Assembly: GCF_009834535.1 (NCBI RefSeq)
Contig: NC_045698.1
Location: 8,248,001-8,312,000, forward strand
Source: Camelus ferus
Taxonomy: Eukaryota
Reading direction: 5' to 3'
DNA length: 64,000 nt
This document shows positions 38,820-51,910 of this stretch, one piece after another. The notes beneath the pieces were generated by a model. The model saw only the letters and a program-made list of their open reading frames with translations. It did not search any database and was not told where the DNA came from. Within the stretch, counting starts at the first letter, position 1, and each line of letters opens with the position of its first letter. The position numbers and the translations under genes were made by a program.

Positions 38820-39180
38820 CTAAGAACTCCTCCCCCATTCTGAATCTCGGTGTTCCACAGGCTTCTGCCCTGGGTCACCTGTACCCTTATTCTAGTTTCC
38901 TGACAGTCTCCCCACCTCCTAATACTACGCTCTTTACTCAGGATTCCACCTCTCTTCTGAGCTCTGGATTCATACTTCTGATGCCCTTGGATGTTACCAT
39001 GGAAATTTTTTGAAATCAGCTCAAAATCATCAGGACAAATCTACTTTGCATTCTCGTGAAGCAGATTTTCTTTCTGAATTCGATTCTCATTTAATGGGAT
39101 AACAGCACCACGTTCACCCATTCAAACAAAAACACAAAAGTGTCCTGGATTTATCTCACCTCTCAGATGCTGAGTTAGTC
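38820..39180 (+). mobile_element. L2 fragment
   Basis: ggtgttccacaggcttctgccctgggtcacc...ctcttctgagctctggattcatac...tcatttaatggg. Confidence 0.6.
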
Positions 39181-39186
39181 CCCAGA

Positions 39187-39370
39187 CAGGGGCGGCTTCG
39201 TGGGCATGCAAGCTGGGCAGTCACATAGGGTTCTGTGCTCAAAAGAACCCTGTGCTTCGTATAATGCTCTGCCTTTGCTATCTTAAAATTCTTAACCACT
39301 TTTAAACAATAGGCATCACGTTTTCATTTTGAATTGGGTTCTGTGAATTGTATGACTGCCCAGGTCCCTG
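39187..39370 (+). mobile_element. MER45A-like hAT-Tip100 MITE
   Basis: caggggcggcttcgtgggcatgc...cagtcacataggg...taatgctctg...cttaaaattcttaa...ttttcattttgaattggg...ccctg with cagg/cctg termini. Confidence 0.75.
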
Positions 39371-40819
39371 AATCCTATAAATTCCATCTTTAGTCCTGTC
39401 TTTCTATAATCTGTCCCTATACATTGCTGTTGGAATTATTTTCCTAAATCAAATCTAGGCAGTGAGCACCTCCATTACCTTTTTTTTTTTTTAAAGACTA
39501 AAATTCTGCTATCAATTTCCCAAAGCGTAAAGTTAAAATAAGTGTCTTTGGGCCTTGACTGCAATTAATTCACCAGCATAAATTCCCACAGGGCAGCTGC
39601 AGCCCTGCCTTTCGTGTGTGTGCATATCAAAAGGAATTGAAGTCGCTACCACCTATATTTGACAACTCTACCCATCCTTCAAGAGTCCGTCTTACTCACG
39701 TAGCGCATGGCTCTTCATTGGTTTCCATCACCCTCTCTGGGTGGGCCCCCCACCCCGGAGTGTTGCACGGGAAGTGATTACCAGCTAATTTACACAGGGG
39801 TCTGGGGGAACGAGGAATGGCTCTCTTTCAGTCCCTGGTTTCTTTGGGCAAGAACAGGTGAGAAAACTTGAGCATGTAACTAACGACACTGGTTTTGACC
39901 AAAGTCAGAGGGAGAAAAACACGTATCTCCCCAAACCACACCTTCTCTCCAGTGCTCTCCGGTTTAAGCTGGTCTTTTCCTACAAACCCCAAATCCTTCC
40001 TTTCTTGACCTCATTCCTTCTCTGCAGTCCAAAACTCTCCCGTACTTCTTTCCAGATCTTTCTGAACATCCATCCACTTCAAATGATGGGCTGCTTTATC
40101 TTCAAGGATATCTTCTCGCTCTGTGCATGACTTGACTCACCCCATCCCATCCATGGGCTGGGAGACTGTCAACAGTCCCAAATTCCCTCTCCTTCTTTTC
40201 CATTTCTCTCTGTAAAGGAATAAGGGACCAGAACACAAGTCCCCAAATTCATAATCTAACACCATGCTTGTTCTATAAACTTGTCCCATCTAATAACAAA
40301 CAGTGAAATCCCTAACAGCAAGGGCCATCTCTGATTATTTCCGAATCTTTTCACATCGATTTCATAAGAGAGGATGCAAAATGTTTGGCCAGTGGGTTGG
40401 AGAAAAGATCAGCATTCACTTATATTCCTACGTTTTCATCCTCACTTAACTTCACCCAACTTCTCTGCATCTCACCGTTTCACTTTAAAAATTACGATTT
40501 TCACTGTAACATTAAAAACCATCTCTATCAGAGAAAAAAAATAGAAGGTAGATGAAAACATGTAACTGAAGATCACTAAACACATATAAGTGATTTAAAT
40601 ATCTTTTTGCAACTCAGTTCTATAGTTTTTTAAATCTCCTCAAGTATATCGATTTCCAAATACGTCTAACTGTAAGTTGAATCATTTAACAGACATTTAT
40701 TTATTAAGCCCATGCTACTAACTGTGCTTAGCCCAGAAACATACAACTCAGTAACCTAAGAAGGGAGAGAGAGATATTAGCAAAAACATTGTAAGATAAT
40801 AGAAAGCATGCATAAGAAT

Positions 40820-41195
40820 CAAATACCCAAAGACAAGCATGCCTGTGACCCAGCAACTCCATTTCCATGTATTTATGATGAAATAATTTAAGAAGTGAAC
40901 CACTATTCAGCTATAATGGTTTTGATTGACATATATTAAAAGATTTAAGATAAAACCTCCTACCTGACTACACATTAAAAATGATGTTGTATAAATGCGT
41001 CTTGTTCTGGAAAGTTAGTTACATTCTTTCCCTGCCAGCTGGCTGTATTCACATGATCCATGTCGAAGTACTAATATGTTTAAGAATATGAATATAATAC
41101 AAATATTTAAAAATTGTTTTCTCTATATAATCACGCAACATTTCAAGGATGATCAGCTTCAAGCTTATTTTACTGTGTCCTTTAAACTCTCTACA
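40820..41195 (+). mobile_element. Ancient L1 (L1ME-like) 3' fragment
   Basis: gcatgcctgtgacccagcaactccatttc...; degenerate. Confidence 0.45.
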
Positions 41196-42315
41196 ATATA
41201 AAAACTTTCTCGTCTTTAAATGTCACAGTGTGACCTCAAAAAGCAACGCTGCATGAATGTGCAGTGACAGTTACGCACAGGAGCTGGCATTTTAGGCATA
41301 TGCACAGGAAATATTAAAACAAACCCCTGAAAGTACCCACTTGCTTAGACTCTGACCTCACTTCTGCATAAACGCAAACACGCGCACACATGCACAGATG
41401 CCTCAAAAATCATCTGCAGTGATAATTCTACAGAAAACATTCAAATACTTACTGCATTGCGCTAATGAAAAAAAATGCACTCTAATGTTTGTGTCACATA
41501 CTGAGAATGTGAAAATAAATCAAGCAAATTTCCTTAAAACAGCGCAAACACACAAATAAACAAACAAAAAACATGCATTCCGTTAATTCACACCAACAAA
41601 ATCGATGGAATGGAAAGAAGATGCTTTCCTTTGCTGGAGCACTGTGGTCCTCACACTCTGAAAGTGTATTTCCTCAGCATGGGGAATACTGCAGTGCCTT
41701 GCCCTCAAATATGAGTCCATTTATTTTCCTCGTATAATAAAAGTGACACTGGAAGGTTAATGATGTGAAACTCTGCAGAAGAAATGAAGCTACTATCGTC
41801 TTTCTGCTGACAAGACCACAGTAATGCAATGTGAAAAATCTGAAAAGAGAGGAAGAGTCTCAGATGGAAATTCAGTTGATGATGCATTTTCACCAGCAGG
41901 GGCTCCACTTTACTAGGCAGCAGCATGTAGACATACATGCAGTTATTTAATTGATGGTTAAGAGGATTCAAGATGTTATAATCAAGGGACAGACTAGATT
42001 GAGTTACACCATATTCTGTACACAATGTATCTTTGAATTCCTTTGTATCTGGTAATCCTAGACATAAAAGTGAAACACAAATACGTGATTATACAATTTC
42101 CAAACTGCAAAGTATGTCTTTTTATGTATACAGCAAGCACCACATTGGGCTTTAAAATAACTCTCATGTTTGAATTTCAGCACAAGTGCATGTGTTAATT
42201 ACATGGACAATGACATATTCAAAGATAAAATTTTCTGTTAAAAAGCTCTAAAATAGTTACAAAGTCTATAATAAATTATTTTAGTATAGTTAATAGAAAA
42301 CTTGTTAGAAAAAAG

Positions 42316-42635
42316 AGGACACTAATGAACTCATTTACAAAACAGAAACAAACTTGCAGACATAATAAACAATCTTATGGCTACCAGGGGAAAGGGGGAG
42401 GGAATGGATAAATCTGGGAATTTGAGATTTGCAAATGATAACCACTATATATAAAAATAGGAAACAAATTTCTTCTCTATAGCACAGGGAACTAAATTCA
42501 ATATCTTGTAATAACTTTTAATGGAAAAGAATATGAAAATGAATATAAGTATATATGTATGACTGGGACATTACGCTGCACACTAGAAATTGACACATTG
42601 TAACAAATTATACCTCAATTAAAAAAAGAAAAAAA
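42316..42635 (+). mobile_element. L1 3' UTR fragment with polyA
   Basis: aatgaactcatttacaaaacagaaac...tatagcacagggaactaaattcaatatcttgtaataac...gacacattgtaacaaattatacctcaattaaaaaaag. Confidence 0.9.
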
Positions 42636-42769
42636 CTTATTGGTAGTTTGATTTAGGTAAAAAATAATTTATTAAGTACAATAATTTCATTATTATTAAA
42701 CAAGAAAGTAAAGAAGAGTATTTGAAGTTTCAGAGTCACTACCAATATATTTCATTACAAGTTACATCT

Positions 42770-44865
42770 TAAAACAAATTATAACCCCTAAAATCAGGAA
42801 AAAGACAAGGATGCTCACTATTGCCACTTCTACTCAATATGCTAATGGAAGTCCTGGCCAAGGTAATTAGGCATGAAAAAGAAATAAGAGGCATATAGAT
42901 TGGAAAGGAAGAAATAAGACTATCTCTGTTCGTAGATGATATGATCTTGCCTAAAGAAAATCCTGAGAATCCAGACGACAACTTTTAGAGCTGATAATCA
43001 AGTTCAGTAAGGTTGCAGGACACAAGATCAATATGAAAGAATTATCTGCACTTCTACATACTAGCAATGGATGATCGGAACAAATTAAGAACAACATTCC
43101 ACTTACAACAGCATCAAAAAATAAAATATTTAGAAATAAATTTAGCAAAACAAGTGTAAAACTTACACTGTGAAAAGTTTTGTTTTTTCTTTTTTTTTTT
43201 AATGCTGAGAGAAATCAAAAAAGACCTAAATAATGTAAAGACATTCCATATTCACAGATTGGAAACATTAATATTGTTAAGATGGCAGCAGTCTCCAAAT
43301 TGAATCTACAGATTCAAAAAAAAAATTCTATCAAAATCTCAGCTGTTTTTCTTGGAGAAACTAATAAGCTGGTCCTAAAAGTCATATGAAAATGCAAGGA
43401 CACTGAATAGTCAAACAAACTTAAAAAGAAAGAACAAATACAGAGAACTCATTTTTCCCAATTTCAAAATTTACTGAAAGGCTGCAGTAATCATGACAGT
43501 GATATACTGACATAGTGGTAGATATGTAAGTCAATGGGATAGAATTGAGAATCCAGAAATAAATCCTTAGATTTACAGTTAACTGATTTCTTCAATGGTG
43601 ACAAGACAATTTAATGGAAAAATGACAGTGTTTTCAACAAATACATAGCCACATGCAAAAGAATGAAATTGGACCTCTAGCTTCATACTTTATTCAAAAA
43701 TTAACTCAAAACAGATCATAGACCTATATGTAAAAGCGAAAACTATAACACTCTTAGAAGAAAATGCAGGAAAAAATATTCATAACCTTGGTGAAGGCAA
43801 TGGTTTCTTAGATATGACACAAAAAACGTAAGTATCAAAAAACAAAACTAGATAAATTGGACTTCACCAAAATTAAAAATATTTGTGCTTCAAAGGATAC
43901 CATTAAGAATGTGAAATGACAAACCACTGAATCATAGGCAACATTTGCAACTCAACAATATGAAGATAAACCAATTTAAAAATGGGCACAGGATCTGATA
44001 CAGAGAACATATAAAAATGGCCAATAAGCAAATGAAAAGTTCTTCAATATTGTTAGTCATTTGGGGAAATACAAATCAAAACCACAATGAGATACCACTT
44101 CACAACTACTAGGATGCTAAAATAAAACAAAAAGATAGATGCTAACAACTGTTGGCCAGAATACTGAGAAATCTGAACCATCATTCATTTGGTGTTGGGA
44201 ATGTAAAATGGTGCTATCACTTTGGAAACCAGTCTGGCAGTTCCTCAAATTATTAAAGATAGAGTTACCATATGACCTAGAAATTCCACTCTTAGAGACA
44301 TACTTAAGATATATGAAAGCATATGTCCACACAAAACTTGTATATTAATGTTCTTGTAGTATTATCGGTAAGAGCCAAAAAGTGAAAACAAACCAAATGT
44401 CCATCAGCTGACCAATGGATAAACAATCTGTGGTATATCCATACAATGGAATATTATTCTGCCATAAAAAGGAATGAAGTATCAATACATGTTACAAAAT
44501 GAATGAATCTTGAAAATGCTATACTAAGATAAAGTTAGTTACAAAAGGTAATAAATTGTATGAGTCAATTTATATGAAAGATCTAGAAGAGGCAAATACA
44601 GAGACACAAAAAGTAGATTCATGATTAAAAGTCGATTTTCCTCCTATTCCTCCTAATAGGAGGAGAGGAGAATGAGGTGTGATAGATAATGAGTACAGAA
44701 TTTCTTTGCGGGTTAATGAAAATGTTCTAATATCAGACAGTGGTAATAATTGTACAACTGTGTGAATAAACTAAAACTCACTGAAGTGTACATTTTACAG
44801 TGTGGACTTCATGGCATGTGGACTTCATGGCATGTGAACTGAATCTCAACAAAACTTATTAAAAA
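42770..44865 (+). mobile_element. Old L1 (L1M-type), about 2.1 kb: degenerate ORF2 3' half plus 3' UTR
   Basis: agacaaggatgctcactattgccacttc (RQGCPLSP region) and ctgttcgtagatgatatgatc (FADDM RT motif region). The ORF at 44139-44348 gives CWECKMVLSLWKPVWQFL...ELPYD. Many stops and frameshifts. Confidence 0.92.
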
Positions 44866-45959
44866 ATCTTTACAGCAACAGAACCACTTCTTTGGCATGG
44901 AGAATGTGAAACTATAGTTAAAATACTTTCTGTGCATTGAAGAATGGTATTAATTTAGCCAGAGGTGTTTTGGCTGCCATTAAAAAGTATTTAGAATGAA
45001 GCCCAATGACTCCCACAATGGTGTGAGCTGTGTTTCACATTTTCTTGATTGGGTTGCATCAATCTAATTAGGCTGGTGCTTCACTCAGTAAGAAAGCACC
45101 ATGCTGACCATCAGGCCTTGCTTTGAACTATCTGTCTGCTGCCAGATGCTCATACCAAGTGACTTAAGGCTTTCTGTTAGGAAAGTGGGGATTTTCTTTT
45201 ACCATTCCTTTCTCAAATGGATGTTATAAATTGAAAACAAGATCTGCTCAGAGGCATTGGACTCATAAATACAGTAACTATAGTTATTAATGGTAATAAC
45301 TATGGCAGGTGTTGGTGCTTATCTCGTTAACTACCATCTACAATAAATCTTGCATGTGAAATATAGATTTCTTGGGCATGTATATTATAACAATTACTTT
45401 CCAATATCAAAAGGAATTCCAATATTCCAGAGATCAGGAAGTTCTAGTTTCTGAATAGGTAACTGACCATTGTTAAGTTCCATATGAGAACCGTGGAGTA
45501 TACACTGCTAAGTACCCAGCACAAATGCACAGATACACTCAAATCACGTGTTTACCTTCCTATCCCTGGAATCACAAGTTTAAGCTGATCTTCCACAATT
45601 TCACATCGATTTTAACTACTCTAAAATATATACTTACTAATAAATCTAAGAAGAATATAAAACAGTCAAACCTTTATATCTATCCCCACCAAAACTAAAT
45701 TACTTGCATAAAAAAGTCAAGTTACAGTAAACTCAATGTCTAAAATCTTAACTATACTTCAATTAAAAAAATATATAAATCTTTAAAGATAGGAGAACAT
45801 GAATTTAAGTAATTATATTACTTAAGCAATTTTAAGATAATATAATTTTACCCTGCAAACTGCTACTGTTTGTTCTTTTTTCGATACCCTCCACCTACCT
45901 CCAAACACACATACAAATGTAAGAACACTGAAGAAAAAAACAATGTAGCCCCACGTGTT

Positions 45960-46113
45960 CTTCCTTAATAGGCATTATTAAAATCATTATTAAAATCATT
46001 ATACAGATGAAGTAGCGGAGGCTCATGAAAGCTAAACAACTAGTCCACTGCACACGGCTCACAATGGAGCCAGAACTCCGTTCAGCCTAATTTGACAGGC
46101 CATACACTTGATT
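45960..46113 (-). mobile_element. MIR fragment
   Basis: tacagatgaagtagcggaggctcatgaaagctaaacaactagtcc...ggagccagaactc. Confidence 0.6.
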
Positions 46114-46164
46114 ATTACATTCTTTTTTTTTAAGCTTTTTATTTTTTGAACATTACATTCTTAA

Positions 46165-46690
46165 CAGCAATCATTTACTGCTTCTTTTTACAGCAAAACT
46201 TTGAAAAGCTTCCACTTCTTCATGTACTATTCACTGACTAAAAACTTTCATGCCTACCATTTCACTGAAATTGGTCTTGCCAAGGTCACCAATGGCTTCC
46301 ATGTTAGCCTACCCAATAGTTCCTAACCTTGATTCATCTTCCACATCTCCTAGCAGCACAGAAATCCTCTCTTCTTGGCATCTCTGACTTAAAGGCTCTT
46401 ATGCTTTGCTTTTCATTCTCTTTTGTGGGCTCTTTCCTTCTGCTCAGCTGTTATATTAGGGTGGTTCAGTTCTAAACCATTGGCACCTTGGCTTCTGCAT
46501 CTGCACTTCCAGCGGTGGACACAACATACTCGTTGAAATTACCTGGATTTTATTTTCTAGTTTACTGGTTTATTGTCTCCCCCGACTAGTACTTAAGCTC
46601 CATGAGTCATGAGACATAGGAAGAATTTAGTTAAATGTTTTCTGGATCAAAGGATGCATAGATGAATGAATGGATGGATGGATGAATGGA
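46165..46690 (+). mobile_element. L2 fragment ending in a (GGAT)/(GAAT) then (GGAA) simple repeat
   Basis: ttcactgaaattggtcttgccaaggtcaccaatggcttccatg...gactagtacttaagctccatgag...gatgaatgaatggatggatg. Confidence 0.7.
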
Positions 46691-49311
46691 TGGATGGAGG
46701 GAAGGAAGGAGGGAAGGAAGAGAGTGTGGTGTGTGTGTGTAAACTTTATTCTTCCTGGAAAAACCATGACTTGACCTGGTAAAGAGTGACTATAGATTAT
46801 CTCAATATTAGGACCCTCTTTTCTAGTAAAGCTTGGATTGGCTTTGTCTGCATTCCATTCCCTTGGCCAATCTGCATCAGAATTGTTGATTCCAAGTATT
46901 AAACAGAAGGATCAGGTCCATCTGTAATACATGGTATGAGTGTAAGTTCTCCAGAAGGGAACTGTCATGCTGGATTTAACCACCCTCCGACCAAGTAGGA
47001 ATGCCAAAAATCACCGTGGCAGAGTGAAGCTTGTGCTAGGTCTAAAGTGAGTAAACTCTAGTAGCAGAATTCCTTCTACTGTAGTTTCTGAGAAACCTAC
47101 AGTATAGCTTCAAGCCTTGATTTCAGTCATAGCATCTTGTCACTTGTAGGACTCTCCAAGGCTTTATTTAGTTTCCTTAGAGTCCTGCCTGATGCTGTCT
47201 AGACTGACCTCAAAGGATAGCCCTTCCAGCTTTGACTGCCTTCAGCCAGTGCCTCCTCACCCACCATCATGCCTCCCGCTTTCCCCATCAGATGGGCAGC
47301 CCTGCTCTCCCGCTGATCTTGAGAGCTTTTCTGGGGAAACTGTGCTACTTCATCTGCCATCTCCCATAGCTCAGCACCTAGCAGTCTGCAACAAATAGAC
47401 TTAATACAGTCAGGATTTCTGTTTATGAGAAATGCTAATGATGGTAACTACTTGCATTTCACAACAGAACAGTGTGATTCTATGAACCGAAAGAAACAAG
47501 TGAAAAGAAATGACGACTTTGCACTATTTGGTTTATAGTTCATACTTGATGTAATTGTCATTGTTTTCCTCATTTCTGTACTTCCTATTTTAATTCATGG
47601 AGAAGCAGAGGAGTGATTTGAATGCTCACACAGGTGGTGTACTTATTATGAGTTAAAAATATAACAAATATCCATATCAAAGGGAAAATGACACATCAAA
47701 GACGCTTTTTTCAAAATTAAGATGGCCATATTTTTTAAGGCTATTTACCTTCCAATAGCACTTTTAATTTTGCCTCCTTCCCCCACAATCACATGTCAGA
47801 TAAATCCTATTTTAACACCAAGAAATGTATCAGAGGACCCTTCTGTCAACCCTAGTTGAGCCTTCCTTGATCATTCTCAAGCAATTTTTGTCATCTATCT
47901 AAGTCTCTATTTCTTCACCATCACTCTTACAAAGGAATAATGACAGCTCTGACCTTAAACGGTTATTCTGAAAATTGAATTAAATAATCCAGGTCAAATA
48001 TGTATCATATGTTCAGTTCACGGTACATGCTCAGTGCACTCCGGCATCATCATCCTCCCCACCATCACCACTCAACACATACTTAATCATCATCTACTTT
48101 GAATTTCCTTAGCACTCTTCAAAGTCATCTGCCACATGTTACTAGTATTCTGATCCTAACACAGTATCCTGGCAGAAATTAAGCATTTAGTAAATGTATA
48201 TTGAGTGTTGGTCAAGTCTTAGCCTCTTGTTAGTTCTACTTATACAAAGATCATGTTGCGTCCCTTCTGAGGCTGGATATAGTGTTACAGATGTAGCAAA
48301 CCCAGTAGATGCTCACTGACTGAAGAGCGCATGGCCAGTGTTAAACATCCATTAGGAAATCATGCAGAGAGCTTGGTATCCCATTACAATGACGAGCAAT
48401 ACCAGATCCCCTCCCAACAGGAATAATTTATAAACGCTCCTCTCTCGCCCTTTACGGATAACTGATTATATGTAGAAAGAACACTGCTGTAACCTACGCA
48501 GCAGTATGAGACCAGCCTCACATGGTGACGTTAAAGCCCAGGGAAGAAAGAGACCCGTCTCAAATCAATCAGACACACTGTGTGGCTACTGGCTATTCAT
48601 TCTGGCATCAAAGAGTGGGAGAATTTAAAATATTAAATAGGTAGGGAAATGTTAAATAGAGAGTAATCTATTTAATACTGTCACTTAAACAGAGTTTTGA
48701 GTGCATCAGAATAAAGACCGTAAATTTTGCACAAAAGACATGATGAAGGTACAATTCATTATTCAGCCTCTGGATGGGGTGGTTTAGTGGAAGCAGCCTT
48801 GGACAGGAAGTCATAGATATCCAGCTGCAGAGTCTCAACTTCCTGATTTCGGACAAATCACCTTTCATGCGGGACTTAGTTTTCATCTGAAGCCTGTCCC
48901 TTCCCTTCTAGTTGTAAAACTCCAAGTTTCAAGTAATAACCCCATCACCACAATCCGGCTTTTGGTTAGCATGTGCCTCTAGAAGCGTTGCCACAGATGA
49001 CAATCAACTCTCTTCTCCACGTTAGAATTCAACATCCTATCCTGGCTCTATCTGCAGGGAGATAGTATCAAATCAGTGGTCACAGTGAGGACGTGCTGCA
49101 GTGGCCAGCTGTTTCCCCAGGTGAACGAGGGTCTCACACAGTCCAGGAATATCACAGACCAGTACTTCCCATTCATTCTGGTCCCAGCCTACTCAGGACA
49201 AGATGGTAGACAGGGCCACAGCAGGTATCAGACCGCATTATTCAAGACTCGTTAAATCCCATTATTCCGTATAGGAATACACCATTCATCGTACACAGGC
49301 ACTGTTCTTGG

Positions 49312-50389
49312 ATAATAAATGAACCTCCTAGAAATATAGGCAAAACATTATCTGACACACATCTCAAAAATGTTCTCCTAGGGCAGTCTACCCAAGCAAT
49401 AGAAATAAAAGCAAGAATAAACAAATGGGACCTAATCAAACTTACAAGCTTCTGCATGCAAAGGAAACCATAAGTAAAACAAAAAGACAACCTACAGAAT
49501 GGGAGAAAATTTTTGCAAATGAAACCGACAGAGGCTTGATCTCCAGAATATATAAGCAGCTCATACGACTTAGTAAAAAAAAAAACAAACAACCCAATCC
49601 AAAAATGGGCAGAAGACCTAAACAAGCAATTCTCCAAGGAAGAAATACAAATGATCAATAGGCACATGAAAAAATGCTCAATATCACTAATTATCAGAGA
49701 AATGCAAATCAAAACTACAATGAGGTATCACCTCACACCAGCCAGAATGGCCATCATTCAAAAGTCCACAAATGACAAATGCTGGAGAGGCTGTGGAGAA
49801 AAGGGAACCCTCGTACACTGCTGGTGGGAATGCAGTTTGGTGCAGCCACTGTGGAAAACAATATGGAGATTCCTCAAAAGACTAGGAATAGACTTACCGT
49901 ATGACCCAGGAATCCCACTTCTGGGCATATATTCAGAAGGAACCCTACTTCAAAATGACACCTGCACCCCAATGTTCATAGCAGCACTATTTACAATAGC
50001 CAAGACATGAAAACAGCCTAAGTGCCCATCAACAGATGACTGGATAAAGAAGATATGGTATATTTCTACAATGGAATACTATTCAGCCATAAAAACGACA
50101 ACATAACACCATTTGCAGCAACATGGATGTTCCTGGAGAAATGTCATTCTAAATGAAGTAAGCCAGAAAGAGAAAGAAAAATACCATATGGGAATTCACA
50201 TGTGGAATCTAAAAAAAACAAAACAAAACAAAACATAAATACCAAACAGAAACAGACTCATAGACATAGAATACAAACTTGTGGTTCAAGGGGGCGGGGA
50301 GTAGGAAGGGACAGGACTGGGATTTCAAAATGTAGAATAGATAAACAAGATTATACTGTATAGCACAGGGAAATATACAAGATCTTGTG
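49312..50389 (+). mobile_element. Relatively young L1 fragment (ORF2 C-terminus plus partial 3' UTR), disrupted
   Basis: The ORF track gives [21 protein letters not shown] and [26 protein letters not shown]...[18 protein letters not shown] (L1 ORF2 Cys-rich domain). There are frameshifts, a TGG>TGA stop at 50008-50010, and no polyA end. Confidence 0.95.
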
Positions 50390-50430
50390 CACGCTAAGCA
50401 CACGCTCTACCACTGAGCTATACTCTCCCC
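50384..50430 (-). mobile_element. 5' fragment of camelid tRNA-derived SINE
   Basis: The reverse complement reads ggggagagtatagctcagtggtagagcgtgtgcttagcgtgcacaag. Confidence 0.85.
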
Positions 50431-51386
50431 TTCACTTTTAAAAATCAAGTTTCTGTGGGAAACAAGGACATTTTCAACATACCTTGCCTAATATTTCTGA
50501 TATCAAGAACCTGCAGTGGAGCTATCTGACATGATGATATGCAACAGGCAGGCTTCCCGTGTCATTTGCCATTGAACATGTAGATTTTTTAAATTCCATA
50601 ACTGGTACTAATTTCACACATAATCCACAAATACTGGTCATGTTCAAAGCTTAATACAGAAAAAAATTATGAAGGATAACAATTAGGTTTTCTTCAAGGC
50701 TTGTTCCAGCTCTAAAGCACATCATTTTATAATATCCGGAGTGATCATGCAGATGTGTAACAGGGCTATTTTCAAATTACGTAAGATTACTTTCGATATG
50801 GTTTCTCTTTTGGAGGTGTTTTTATGCCTTTGAAAAATAACTTCCCAGTAGACATAAATGCACAGAGTACATGTACTGAGGCACAGGTGCATAACCAGCA
50901 GTCCCTCAACCGTTAATGACCTTAAACTTCAGCACCCAGAGCGGAAACTGTCAATCCTCTTTTCATGTTATCACTCTATACCAGGATAATCTCAGTCCTA
51001 CAAAGGGGCATTTCTCAGGTGTCCATCGGTTTGGTGGTTAAGGTGCAAAGTACCTAGGCTGGAGTCCACACCTCTTGAGAGAGAAACTTTGGGTGGATAC
51101 AGAGCACATGATCGTGAGAATGGCAGGGCCCCGCCAAGAGGAACACAATGAGAAGAACGCACTGGTTTATTCACTGGTGTCTGAAAGAGCTAACGCACGG
51201 AGGGCTCCCCGGCATCTGCTCTCTCTCTCTCCTGCCCCTCCCTCTCCCCCCACCCCCAGCTGGAATGCCTCCTGGTTGCATATCCAAGTCCCGCCCACCC
51301 TTCTCCACTAAGTCCACTAACTCTTCTCTTGATGAGCCCTCCTTGGCCCCGGTCAGCACACACTGACCTCTCCTTGCTGTGAATCA

Positions 51387-51423
51387 GGGGCTGGGGTGGG
51401 GTGGGGTGGGGTGGGTGGGGTGG
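51387..51423 (+). repeat. (GGGGT)n run, potential G-quadruplex
   Basis: ggggctggggtggggtggggtggggtgggtggggtgg. Confidence 0.8.
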
Positions 51424-51709
51424 AGTTCAGACTGCCCACACCTCCCATCTTCCTTTTCACCAGGCACTGTCTGGTCTCCAGGCCTCCCCCTAAGGCCCTG
51501 GGTTCTGGCGCTTTATCTGTTATTGTCACAGCGATTCTTCAGTTAATTAATCCCCTGGTTATACAAGTTCAGCCATGTTCAAAAAGAGATCCTCATAAAT
51601 CATGATGGGCAGAAATGCTTGTTCAGAAGAAAAAAAAAAAAATCCCTTAAGGGCCAGCTCCTTCTGGAATTGTCTCTGTTGGAGGTAAGATGACGGATGG
51701 GAGGAACCC

Positions 51710-51910
51710 TAACCCCGCCAGCGCCCCGGCTCCCCACCCCGATGCGCCCCGCGCTGCGTCTCGGGCTCCCCCCGCCCCGCCCCCGCGCCGCCCCCGCCCT
51801 CACCAGGCACAACTGCGCACTTCCACTTCCTGACAAAACAGAGCGATCTGAACGGTCTCCTTGACTTATGACACCCCGACTTCAACACAACCCCTCTCAA
51901 GCGTTAAACC
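51710..51910 (-). promoter_or_regulatory. Small CpG-rich promoter-like element; putative first exon with donor at 51804/51803
   Basis: 16 CpGs in 51716-51817, stacked Sp/KLF GC boxes, tandem ETS GGAAGTGGAAGT (minus strand, within 51819-51832) and minus-strand CCTG|GTGAGG donor. Confidence 0.6.

Noticed and set aside
44802..44836. Short tandem duplications (16 bp here; also 13 bp at about 36643 and 12 bp at about 45973)
   Set aside because: Ordinary slippage duplications, with no spacer structure and nothing CRISPR-like
49242..49712. Longest ORF (156 aa, minus strand)
   Set aside because: Antisense reading of L1 ORF2, a common spurious ORF
49425..50010. ORFs of 78 and 119 aa with real protein similarity
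   Set aside because: They are frameshifted L1 ORF2 C-terminal pieces with a premature stop, not a host gene
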